A DNA stretch of 61,272 nt, filler included. It is 7 parts of 7 records of this genome, joined end to end, with 100 filler letters (N's around TTAATTAATTAA, not from the genome) between each part and the next. Parts side by side here need not be neighbours in the genome. Positions count along the whole stretch, not along the records: positions 1 to 7,085 come from SRR2962707_3696; positions 7,186 to 15,481 come from SRR2962707_3698; 5 more parts are not named here. One strand, given 5' to 3'. The position numbers and the translations under genes were made by a program. This document shows, one piece after another, positions 1-11,431 of the stretch. The notes under the pieces are model-generated. The model had not been told where the DNA came from and did not search any database. It was given only the letters and a program-made list of their open reading frames with translations. How positions within the stretch are numbered: the first letter of the stretch is position 1; each line of letters begins with the position of its first letter.

Positions 1-2
1 GA

Positions 3-161
3 GCTCGCAAGGTGACTCGGTCAACTCAGACAATCGTCACCCTGATGGGGGCAGTATGGTTTATTCTGGGAAGTGCCGGCTTTTGCGATTTGCCTGTCAT
101 GGAGGACCTCCCTTCTGAATGGTTCACATTACCAGATTCAGAAGGCAGCTCTGTATGGTGA
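3..161 (+). CDS. possible 3' end of an upstream eukaryotic gene (partial)
   Basis: Frame is open from the window start to TGA at 159-161 (ARKVTRSTQTIVTLMGAVWFILGSAGFCDLP...SSVW*). No recognisable motif. Confidence 0.3.
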   Translation, partial: ARKVTRSTQTIVTLMGAVWFILGSAGFCDLPVMEDLPSEWFTLPDSEGSSVW

Positions 162-459
162 AAAAAATTATTGAGTGGCATGCAGCGTAGCGAGCGTGTT
201 TCATTGGCGCAGGATGGTGAACGACTACCATAACCAGTCTAGAGCACCGAGCATCAGTGACGCCAATGCCAGGTGGCACCATGCACGGTGCATATTGCTG
301 CCGCGTGTCAAAAGCGTCACATCATACCGTCATGCCATAGCGATTCTAAAAATGACAATTCTGATTTTAGTACAATAAATCTTTTTGGAATTTACAACCA
401 TTCAAAACGTCCGTGTGGGCCGAACATACACCGATGAAACTTGCGTGAGCTCAGCCGAT

Positions 460-3400
460 TCAAAAATTCATCACAGTCTGGAATTCCTTCTTGCACCATG
501 CCATTGTGAGCAAATCCTGCAGTGAACACTCCAATCCAATGCTCTTCGTCCCTTCTGCACAGCGGTCCAGCCAGTCTTGCCAAGCGCTACCTCCCTTCCG
601 TACTCGCCACAGGCAGCTTGCGTCACGGTTGTCTTGTTCCGCACCTGTTGTGAGCTCCAATCCACCAAGGCTTAAACCCCAAAGATCGCCAGTGAAAGTG
701 ACCCCGTCGTCGCCTCCAAACACCAAAATTCGGGGCCGTGTCACCCCGCGGACATAGCTCGCACTTCCCTCTGTGCCAACTAAGACAGCCGCATGATAGT
801 ATCGCTTCGATGGCGTTTGAGCCGCCGACAATTCCTAGTCCGACACAGGGAGCAAGTCACAGCCAAACCGACGACGCCATTTAACCTGAGTTTTGGCATG
901 AGACACATTCAGCAATGCAAAGCAACGAAGAAAGGCCTACCTCTTGATTGTAGTAAACGGCTTTATCAGTTGTGTAGTCCCACAATCGCAGACGATCGGA
1001 AGCGTTTCTGTACGATGCGAGAACCAACCCACTTGCTTCCACGTTCTGGTATTGAAACCATTCATCTGTTGGAGGGTTCCACTGCCAGATGCTGTTCGTG
1101 TACTCTTGATCCGACCAGACTGTAGCAAGCCCACCAATAGCAATCCCTCTCCACGGGGTGATCAGCATGGCACGCCCCATCCGACCAGGGGGAAGGTAGT
1201 CGGGATCATAGGTGTAGCCAGGTGGTGTGTAGATCAGCGGCTAGTGCACACGAATATGAAACCGAGCAGACGTGCAAGCAAGAAAGTGTACAGCAGAAAG
1301 GCATGTTGTGTCAACACAAACAGCAACAGCAAAAGGGTTCTTGGTGACACAGGACAATCAAAAGAGCACAGGTATTGTCTGCTGCAAAACATACCTGCAG
1401 CTCGACCCACTTTCGGGTTGACACGTCATATCGCCAGAGATCTTGACCAGGCTGGTTGTGGAATTGCTCAGAGTCTTCTTCGTAAACGCAACAAATGAGT
1501 CCACCCCATATGTACATGCTGCCGTCGACTACGATTGCAGTGTGGTCGAATCGCTGCTTGACGTCTGGCACGACCCCGCCTTCTTCTTCGTAGTACTCGG
1601 GCAGAAGCCCAATTTCCGTCCACCGGTACTCATCCACACATTCTTTTAACTGCAGATCCATCGACCACTGCAATAGCTCGCCCTCGAGCTCGTTGACAGC
1701 ATGATCTTGCACCTGGAGCGTCCAGTTTCCAGCCACTCGCAAGTCAGTCACGCTGGCCAGCGATTCGAATGGCCGAAAGCTGCCAGTGAAAGTGTCCGGA
1801 CAGCAGTCGCGCACACTAGAATTCGCCTAATTTTGTCACCGAGACACACGCCACCATCCAGCAAGACGCACAAACAGACTGTGACACAAGCACTGGATTG
1901 GAGGCGAATCAAATAGCCGGAGTCGAGACACTCGTGCAATGCTCGAAGCTCTCATCGCAAGACTGGTGACACAGTGGTCAAACTGCATTTCGCACTGCGC
2001 AAGCAACCGTTCAAATCATGTTCATGCTCACCTGCTCGTCGAATGTAGTGCCAATAAGTCCACCACCTCCACAGCCACGCGAAGCTTGGAAATCACCTTT
2101 GTAGAGCAAAATTCTGCGGTTCTCTGCTGAATTTGACTTTGTCCACGAAGACCCTGTTGCAGACGCGAGATGCACCAGCCAAAAGCATCAGCGATCACAG
2201 ATCAGTGAAGTGACCATGCACACTGACAACCACTGGGCGCGCAAAACACCGTTTCTAGCTGACCTTGTAATTTGGGACCCTTGTTGATCAACCAGACGGA
2301 TACATCGCGAAGACAAGCGTGTCGAATCTCCACGTTGACGTTCAAATCGACAATGCACTGCTCCAGTTCCTCGGCGAACTCGCTGGAAGCTCTGTACCCA
2401 TTGGCGATCTCGATCTTGGAAAACAAGTTGCGTCCATCAACAATATCTACGGTTTCGGTGTTGTTGACCGTCATGGTCGTAACATGTCCAAAATTGAGGT
2501 TCCATAAGTCCATAAATCCATCATCATGGCTATTAGCATCCCGGCCTCCATGCAGATACCTTCACCCGAACGAATACGGAAATAATTTCAGAACAATAGG
2601 GGTTCCCGCAAGCATCTGGAGAGCAGAAACAGCGTGAACAACACACGACAATTCGATTCTTATGAGGATAAACGTACAGTTCGTCATCAATGGCCACAGC
2701 ACTGTGCCGCTCGCGACCCAATGGAGTCCCAGCTGCACCAACAACGCTGATGAGCCGCCACGAGTAAGTAACGGGATCCAGTTGCCAGAGCTCGTTCGTC
2801 GGCCCATCCGCGTTGCGATCTCCGGAGCCAGGCACCTGGTAGCTGACACCACCACTGACCTCGTTGAGGTAGCAGTTTGACGTCTCACCACGATCGCAAA
2901 CGTATCCCTTCGACCAACCCCCGAACACATATGCAAAGCCAGCCATCATTGTCATGGTGTGCCCACGACGAGCGCTTGGAAACTTCGGCATCAAACCCGT
3001 GGGTGAGTCAGGTAGCTGAATGAAAGGCTGGCCAACCCCTTGGATGCCAGAAGTCGCGCCACCCCGCGAGAACTTGAAGTTTGTTGGCATGATATTTTCC
3101 CATACATCGGTCTCTGTAGAAGCAGTCACCACGTTGAGTGGTTCACTGAATTTGCCAAGTCCACCGCGCAGAGATCCAGCCGCAACCCGAAAGCGGTAAG
3201 TGCTTTCGCGTACGAGGGCTGTGCCATCCTCACACACAGCTGTAGTGCACCCAGCGATCCACGTACGCTCATTGCGCCCAGCTTCATACACTTGGTAAAA
3301 TGCCTCGCTTCCCCACCCTTCGGCCATTTCGATCACAAAGTAGCGTACATCTGCCCCAGCAAGTGTGTCAGGCTTGGTCCATTGAATTTGCACCCATTTT

Positions 3401-6400
3401 GACCCGTACCCAAGCAACGCCGGCTGAGCTGGAGCTGGTGGCGTGATGGTAAGATCGACCTGTGGAGGCGAATAGAGGAGAGCGGTGTTGATGTAGGCAG
3501 ATCCACCACCCCCACCACCTCCATCAATGCCGCCGCCGCCGCCGCCGCCGCCGTAATAACCGCCGCCACCGCCGCCGCCGCCTTTCTTTCCTGAGCCACC
3601 ACGCCCTCCTCGCCCAAATACACCTTTCGTGCTCACGATTGACCGCGGAGAATCGGACGCACGAGACCCCTCATAAAACTCCGTGTACACGCCAAAAGCA
3701 TATGAACCCTAGAACCGTTTTCAAATTCACAGCACACAATGTCCACATGAGCCATCACGCAAAAGTGGCGAACACACACAAGGTTTGGTCACTTTAGTAC
3801 ACAAGGGCACGGTGCAACACGAACCATATCACCAGCACCGCCTCCGAAGGACTGGGTCGCGCCAGCACCAGCGCTTGCAAGGGCCGTGAGATTTGCATCA
3901 GGGGCGTAGCCTTTGTTCAAGTTTTGGTGGTACGGTGGGAATCCCTCGTTATCGCGTGGATCGTTGAAGTCATTGTAAGGATCAAGGCCCGTATTGTCCC
4001 GGGGCGTGGTCGTGGGCGCAGCTCCGCGCCCCCCAGTCACACCACCACCTCCGCCGCCTTCTGCGCAACAGTAGTCTGAAACACCGCCACCACCGCCGCC
4101 GCCCGCGATAATCAGCGTATCCCCGGTTGAAGATCGAAACACAACAGATGCACCGCCGCCACCACCACCCCCGAAGTCGCCGCTACCTCCGTCACCACCA
4201 CCGTTATAGCCACCCGCAGCACCTTTGCCAGATTTAAACCCCTCGCCACCGCCCCCGACAACAATGGTGAGCTCTTCACCCTCTGTTACTGCGAAAACAC
4301 CCTGTGCAAAACCTCCGCCACCACCTGCATTGAGCGGGTCATCATGAGGTGCTTGTGGGGCCGTGCCGCCACCACCGCCCGCGCCCCAGACTTTAATCTC
4401 AACAGATTTGACTTTGTAGTTTCCCGGGAGTGACTTTGGAACGGTGTAGGCCTGCGTGGTGCCACTACCACTAGCTTCGGCAAAAAAAAAAGTTGTTTGG
4501 CGGCTCTGGCCAGGAGCGAATACAAGCTGTTGCCCGTACGAGTAAGCAGTAATCACCACAATGCCATGTCCGCCGCGGGAGCTGTTGCGTCCGCCTATGC
4601 CAGCTCCAAACACGTAGTCGGGGTCATCATTGTTGGCAGCTTGCAGTCCGGTCTCAGCAGTGACCAGCTTTTGCCCAAGTCCAAGCCCATCGGAAGAAAC
4701 GGTTGTAGACACCTCAGTGCTCGACGTGGACGATGACGAAGAAACAACAGTCAGTGTGCGGTGCACCGAAGACGCAGCACTCCAAGAGCTGTAGCCCAGC
4801 GCATTTCGCGCACGCACTCGAAACTGGTAATTTGTGTATGCTTCGAGCCCAGCGACTTCGTGTGAGAGTGTGGCCGCGGGCACGGCGGCCAAGCCAGCAA
4901 CTAGCTCGGTTACCACCAGGCCAGCGGTGCTACTTGAATCATCGGAACGGAGAGTATTGTAGACTTCTTTGAATGTGGGAACATCGCCTGTGTGCACTTC
5001 TGGATCGAAGGTAATCGTCCACGCAAACACTTTGCCACCTCCGACAGCTGGATACGCAGATCGCTGCACCCGCTGCAGGCGGCCCACGTTGTCGAGCGCC
5101 TCTAATTTCTCTTTCACTTCCGCAGCGGTTGCGTTGAATGCAATGGGGTCGGTCTTACTTTTGCCCTCAGGGTCACGGTCCATCAACCCTGAGTGCACGA
5201 ACGCCAGGACGAAGTGACCGTCAATGACATTGGCACCGAACGGCGCCGTGGTGCGAACCATTTGGCGCTCTGCTCGGTTTAGACCAACTAAGCCCGACAC
5301 AGGCGATGGCTCGTCAACCCACAGCTGCTCTTGTGCTGCGTTGACAAGCCGGTGCTGCACTTCATAATCCAGTATTGTTGATCCATGAGCCGCGGGTGCC
5401 ACCCAAGCCAGTGAAGCGGTAGTGCCCGAGACGGTCAGTACAGCAGGTGCTGCTGGGGCAGAAGGCCCCCCTGCCTTCGTTCGGAACGTCGCTGACGCGC
5501 CACTCCACGGGCTCGAACCAAACGGATTGGCAAAGCGTACGCGAACCTCGTAGTCGGTGGCGCTCGCTAGCTCGCTCCCGTAAATGACAAAGTCAGATTT
5601 GTACCTATTACCCACCAACTGAATGTTGCTTGGCGCAAAGCTGGACATTGCGGCTGCAAGTGAGCCATACGAACAAGTGGTGGAGGTGCAGTCTATCCAG
5701 TCTGTCGGACTGCCATTTGCATCGAGACCGACCGCGCGATACTGAACATCGTACATCAAAAATTTCCCGTTGAGTGAGCTCTCTGGTGCCTCGATGCGAA
5801 GACTGAGACTTGATGCGGACGATGACGTCAATAGCGGTGCCTCCGGGCGATTCGGTGGCCGTGAAGCCAACGTGGCAACAGGTGGGGTGTCCTTGCTGGC
5901 AGCACTCCAGCCATACTCATTGTGAGCTTTGACGCTGAACAAATACAGCGTCGACGGTGACAGGCCGTGCAGTTCGTAAGAACAGTCGTCGGTGCAGTAG
6001 GCGTAGTTGCGGGTTCCCTTGCGCACCTCTTGTACGGTGACAGGGCTCCCTTCGCCACTCCAAGCACAGCTGATGCTGGTCTTGTGCACCCCAAGTAGAG
6101 GAATATCAGCAGTTGGCAGTTGAGCGAGTACGTCTGAGCTGTAGCGAAAGGTGACAAGCCAGGTGTAACCGCCACCTCCACCCCCTGCATCTGCACCGTC
6201 CCGGTTCGCAGCATCAACGTGGCCGTTGGTGGACTCGTATCCGCGAGACACATCCACCTTCTCCACATTTTCTAGATTCTCTAAGGCAGCTTTGACCTCG
6301 GCAGCGGTGGCATTAACTGGGAGAAAATTCGTGATGGCCACAGTCTCCTCGTCAAAGTCTGTGATGCTGTGGAAGTTGAGCGTGAGCTCAAAAGTGCCGT

Positions 6401-6758
6401 CGGACGGCGCGTGGCCTGGGTCGCAACGCGTGACAATCTTCTGCACCTCATTCACAGTGGCCGCCTTACGTCCAATGGCTTCGTCATCCAATACAGTCCA
6501 CTCAGTGTTGGAGGCCGACGATGAAGCTGCTGCGCGATACTGCACTGCATAGCCGTCTACCGGGGCACCGTTCGATGTCGGTGCAACCCACTCAATGACT
6601 GCGCTCGAGTTTGTCACGTCTGAAACAGTGGGCGCCAAGGGCTCATCAGGCACCAGTGCGCCAGCCACGAGGTGGCCTGGAAGTACCACCAGCAGCAGTG
6701 ACAGCCACCGAGTCAAAACAACCCAACACGAAAACCTGCTGGTCGCGTGAGCAGACAT
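460..6758 (-). CDS. large secreted mosaic protein (~1829 aa, 7 exons): signal peptide, 4 FN3 domains (two with nested inserts), ALK/LTK-like glycine-rich domain, Kelch repeats, proprotein-convertase P-like domain
   Basis: Manual GT-AG model: exons 6758-3825, 3708-2678, 2559-2264, 2153-2032, 1826-1395, 1240-941, 834-460; total 5490 nt in one open frame. FN3 motifs (W..P..NG....Y; GL.P.T.Y.F.V.A.N..G.S), Gly-rich motifs (VWGAGGGGG, GGYNGGG, IIAGGGGGGG, GGYYGGGGG), Kelch motifs (R.GHT..M..FAYVFGG, NELWQLD), P-domain motif (GNWTLQVQD...GELLQWSM). Confidence 0.85.
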
Positions 6759-7085
6759 TGCCAGGTTCTGCCTGCTCCAGACAGGAACAGTATGTGTGTG
6801 CGTGATCGCTGCCCGGTAAAGGACAGGAAGGACAGCTCACATGCCGCTGACAAAATGGCACACGAGTTGCCGCTGTTGTTGTTGGGCTGTTGGTGGTTGG
6901 TTGTTACTGTTACTGTTGCTGGTCTTTTCAGCGCGTTGTTTGTGCAAACCGCACACGCCACTGAAAATAGTTGTAGGAGCAAGAGAAGCAACGACACCAC
7001 CTCCAGTCTTCAACCCGCGTAAAACGAGACGACAGCCACGTCGTCTACTCTATACCGCGTGCAACCCACCGAAATAAATAAAAAA

Positions 7086-7185
7086 NNNNNNNNNNNNNNN
7101 NNNNNNNNNNNNNNNNNNNNNNNNNNNNNTTAATTAATTAANNNNNNNNNNNNNNNNNNNNNNNNNNNNNNNNNNNNNNNNNNNN
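7086..7185. other. artificial contig linker
   Basis: N44-TTAATTAATTAA-N44, giving stops in all six frames. Confidence 0.99.
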
Positions 7186-7331
7186 TTTTTTTTTTTTTTT
7201 TTTTTTTCCCCCTTCGCCGACTTCGTTATACAGTGGGGAGCTGTGAAACTTACAAAAAAAAACACAAAAACAAAAAAAACGAAAGAATTCAAGCCGTGTG
7301 TGTGTGTGCGCGCGCGGCAGCGACTATTGCA

Positions 7332-10300
7332 ATGGGCAACGTGCAGTCGTGTGCGGGCCCAGCGGGGCACCCTCGCCGGCGCACAGGCGTGCGGCGGGAC
7401 TGGGACAAAGCTCCGGATTCAACGAAAATGACCGTTCTCCAACGTAGCAAGCTGGCAGCCTGGCAAAGTGCCCACCCCAACCCGCTACGGCTGGTGCTCG
7501 GGGTTGATCTGCCCGATGCCATGCCTGAGGACGTGGCAGAAATTAAACATGCGCTTGACGAGTATGCGAAAGATCCCACAGGCGAGGTGCAATTCAGCGG
7601 GTCTGACCTGGCTGATGAAGACGGCGCTGGGGGCAGTGACGGCGCTCTCTCGAGGTTGCATGGGGCGGACTTTAGTGATCGTGACGACAGCGACAGCTCC
7701 GACGATAGGTATGTGAGCGAGTCCCGTGCTTGAGTTTCCCACGGACCTTGTGTTGCGGGGGGCCGTGATCAGGCGACTTCTTTTTGACCGTTCGAGTGGG
7801 TGTGTTTTGGTGCAGGGACTTTGGTGACGAGTCTTTCGTCATTCCGACAGACTTTGAAGACACAGACAACTTTTCAGCCGGAGGCGCGTTCAGTGATGCC
7901 CACACGCTCGGTGGTGAAGGGAGTGCCGAATGGGCGGACGAAGATGGGGCGTTCGTTGCACCGTCTACGCTCAAGCATTTCGAACACCAATTGCGTTCTA
8001 TCAGCAGCGACTTTAGCGGGAAACTCCGCCGTGAAGCTCACGTCGCCAGCGGTTTTGGTGCAGATATCATGTACCCAAAAGTTTCGCATCAAGCTTTTCT
8101 TCACGTGCGAAGAACTCGTTTTCACCCCGGGGAGGATTGCATTGTGTGCGTCAGACCCATCCTTGGGTCGGTAGCCGCTGCGCGTGAGGCACCAATGCAT
8201 AAACCTTCTGCTGGACCGGCTTTTGGCGACTCATCGCCTCGAGGTGACGCTCCGAGCATACCCGCACATTGTTGCGTTGCTGGCTACCGCATCGAAGCTT
8301 TTTCGGTACGACGTGTCTTCATGCACAACACCCTTTGTCTGGCCCTGCGGTGCACACGCTCAGCAATACGAATTTCAACTTGGCAGTTGGCGAATCACCT
8401 TTGTATTGATGAGGTTGCTCACGTGCCTTTTTGTCGATGTGTGCAGGCAAAGACGTTTGAATCAGCACACAATGACACGCTGTTTCACGTATTCATCGTA
8501 ACCGCTGAATGTTATGTCTCCCGTGTCAATGGCGCAAATCTGGGTGAAACCGCAACTGCGGTGATCGACTACGCATCGGGACAGTCAATGGTTTTTTCAG
8601 CTGCAAAGGACGAAGCTGCTCAGGTACTTGTTACACCAACAATTCGATGCTATTTCGGCTTGCGTGAATCTCACCTTCTTGTTGCAACCGTAACTCACTC
8701 GTTTGCACACTGCACCACGAACGGCCTTGAACATTCCGGACTCTCTTCGGAAAAGTCGCAGCTGCAGCAGGCGGTCGCCATTGAAGCCCATGCCGCTGCT
8801 GCAGCCGATGCCCATGAGGGAGAGTCGAAAACGGGTGCTTCAATGAACCAACTGCTGTCGATGACAGAGTGGGTGGATGTATTGCGACAACAATGTGACT
8901 CACTGAGTGCACAATTGCCACCAAGCGACCATGGACCAATATTTAGAGACGGTCTCCTGTCGTTCGCACCCTTGGTTGCGAGTGCAAAAGGGCTCGATTT
9001 GTCGCCGTTCTCAATGTTGAGCTTTGAGACCACCGTCTTTTCTGCAAGCCAGTTGGCGAGTCCGGGCAATAGCAAGTCGTGCTCGTACAAGCAGACTGGT
9101 TCGTGTTGGCGCACCCGCTGAAATCGCGCCATGCACAGCTTTGTTCCACGACCCCAACTTGCGTTCGCTTTGTGCATCCGTGCGTTTCCTGCAAGGTGCT
9201 GCAGACCAAGCTGTGGTGTTGCGGCCGCTAGTACCACGAGACTCGCCATTGGGAGCGGCTGCCGGTGCGGCAGGTGCACTGGACGATCCGCTCGCAGCCT
9301 TTGGCGCCGGCAGAGACATGCCAACCGAACTGACTGATGGCCGAGGTGGATATACGGCCAGCTATGATGCACAACCACCAAAACGCTGGGCTTTTCTTGC
9401 GTGTGAAGCCTTGCAAGGCGATGCCGTGGCTTTTACGACGTCCGTCTACCTCGTGGACGAAGAAGATGGTCAGCGTTACTTGCTAGCTACCATACCTCCA
9501 AGCCGCGTTGGTAATGTTCGGTGGGTTAACTTTCATTACGCGCAGGCAACCTTGCAAAGGAGTTCTATTCCAATGTCTCAGCAGCGATGGTTTGTCTGGT
9601 GGTGTCTACTTCAGGTCCCAGGGCAGCGATTTCACGCTGCATCACGTGGAGCAGTACACTGTCTCGGTTCCGGTAGATGGGCAGCTGCCATTCGCTATAG
9701 TTGACGACAGTGATGGCAGTGGTTGCGTTTGTGTAGAGCGAATCACAGCTATTTCTGGTGCGTGCCGAAATGCCTGACCTTGGGGTGCTTGGTTCTAACT
9801 GCTAGCCGGCTTCGTTGGAAAGGTGGCTAATTCTGTGAAGGATACCGTTGCTGTTTCTCAAGTGCTTGTGTGTTCTCTTTCTGCCAACTCATGTTGCGCA
9901 ACAGACCCGGAGGAGCATGCGGCGTCGATTTATCACATGATTCATGAGGGTGATCACGTGATCTCTGTGAATGACAACGACGTGCAATACGCTTTCGACG
10001 TGTCTGCAAGCATGAAGAAAGCACAGGTTTGCCCCCCTAGCGATCGGTCCTGTGGCTTGGTGCTTGCAGTTTCATCTTTGCTGTGCTTTTTGTGATTTTT
10101 TGCCCTGATTTCGTCGTGTCAGATGTTGGGGCAACGATTTGTAACCTTCGTGATGGCTGGAGTGCGCACCAGTGGTGTTTTGTCGCTGCGAAATATCTCG
10201 CAGTTTCGTGGGCGGCCTGTTGAACAGCTGAAACACCTCGTGGAAGCCACATTCGCGAGGATATGGCAATCGACGCAAAACACTTTTGAATCGGAAGGCG

Positions 10301-11343
10301 CATGGCAAGCACACCTGCGAGCCATGCAGGCAGAATTTCATGACATCGTGGCGATCGCTGATCTTGTTCTATCATATGCACAAGCTCAAGGTTTTGATTC
10401 AAAGCAAGTATTCTGGTGGGTCCTTACACGAGCCAAGGCATTCAACCGCGAAGGACGCGAGTTCCGAGAAGCATTGCGGGCCACAAGGCAGGCGGGTTTG
10501 GACGACGAAAACGATCCAACCGATGTTGAGCTCAAACTTCAATGGGCTCACGCTGCGCTAAGGGCGTTCATTGCATCTGCCCGAGAATACAAATTTCTTG
10601 AACAGCACTTCAAGCGCGAATTCGTCACTCGAGGCAAATTTGTACAGCTCGATAAAATCTTGTCGCTCCAGGTTGCTTATTTCGACATGATTTTGATATC
10701 TTTGGCCACAATGCGACTCTTGGGTCACTGATCGTTGGTGATTGTTTACTTACGCAGGTGAAATGTGTCGACATGGTTCAATTCTACACTGGTGCGTCCG
10801 CGAAGCTGCGATCTGGCAGCGAAGATGATTCAAACGTTGATGCTCGCGAAGGAGCTGCTCTGCAGGTTTTCAGGCAACAGTTCGGAGCAATGCCAGCACC
10901 AGACAATTTGCTCGACGCCTTCAACGAGAGCCTTCTTGATAGACTTGGGCGTGTTTGGTGCGTATCAGCGCTTATCTACGAGTATGGCTGTCCTCTGCGT
11001 GCACCTACGTTTAGGTCTCTATGCATGTCGTGCTGTGCCCATTTCAGGCATCTCTTGAAGCAACGTGTCGAACTCAGCGAGACGTACCCTTTCGAGAGCG
11101 AGTCGCGGATAAAGCAGGACATTGTAGATGAAATGGTTTGTTCGTTGGAAAAGCTCTTTCTTCAGATGCGACTCACTGTTCGGCAACCCGCGATGCTTGG
11201 TCGGTCACTAACGACAGACCACATTTGCTACCTAGGTTCGTGTGGAGAATGCAATGTCCAAGGTGTCAAGTGCCTCAGGGCCGCTGTTGGTAGTTGGCCA
11301 AGCTGCGCTTGGGATGCGAACGGAAGACGTTCGTGAGTTTTGA
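7332..11343 (+). CDS. multi-exon eukaryotic hypothetical protein with N-myristoylation motif and a PDZ-like domain
   Basis: ATG 7332 gives MGNVQSCAG. First intron 7709-7815 (GT..AG) keeps frame. Chained ORFs at 7784, 9024, 10123 and 10758. PDZ-like segment (LPFAIVDDSDGSGCVCVERI...IHEGDHVISVNDNDVQ). Last exon from 11236 ends TGA 11341-11343. Internal exon boundaries only partly resolved. Confidence 0.6.
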
Positions 11344-11431
11344 GAAGGAGGTAATCCCCTTGCCGTGGCGTGGTGTTGCCCTGCGGAAGTTTTAACAATA
11401 TTACACCACACTCTCGACCTAGCCCTTGCTC

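Noticed and set aside
3530-3581. (GCC)n runs as a repeat array
   Set aside because: Simply encode poly-Gly within the glycine-rich domain.
7130-7141. TTAATTAATTAA palindrome repeated six times in the window
   Set aside because: Always embedded in N44 flanks; a synthetic six-frame-stop linker, not a biological repeat or CRISPR.
7070-7210. A-run ending contig 1 and T-run starting contig 2 as evidence of adjacency or a retroelement tail
   Set aside because: Homopolymers commonly break assemblies; orientations do not overlap and no RT or target-site duplication is visible.
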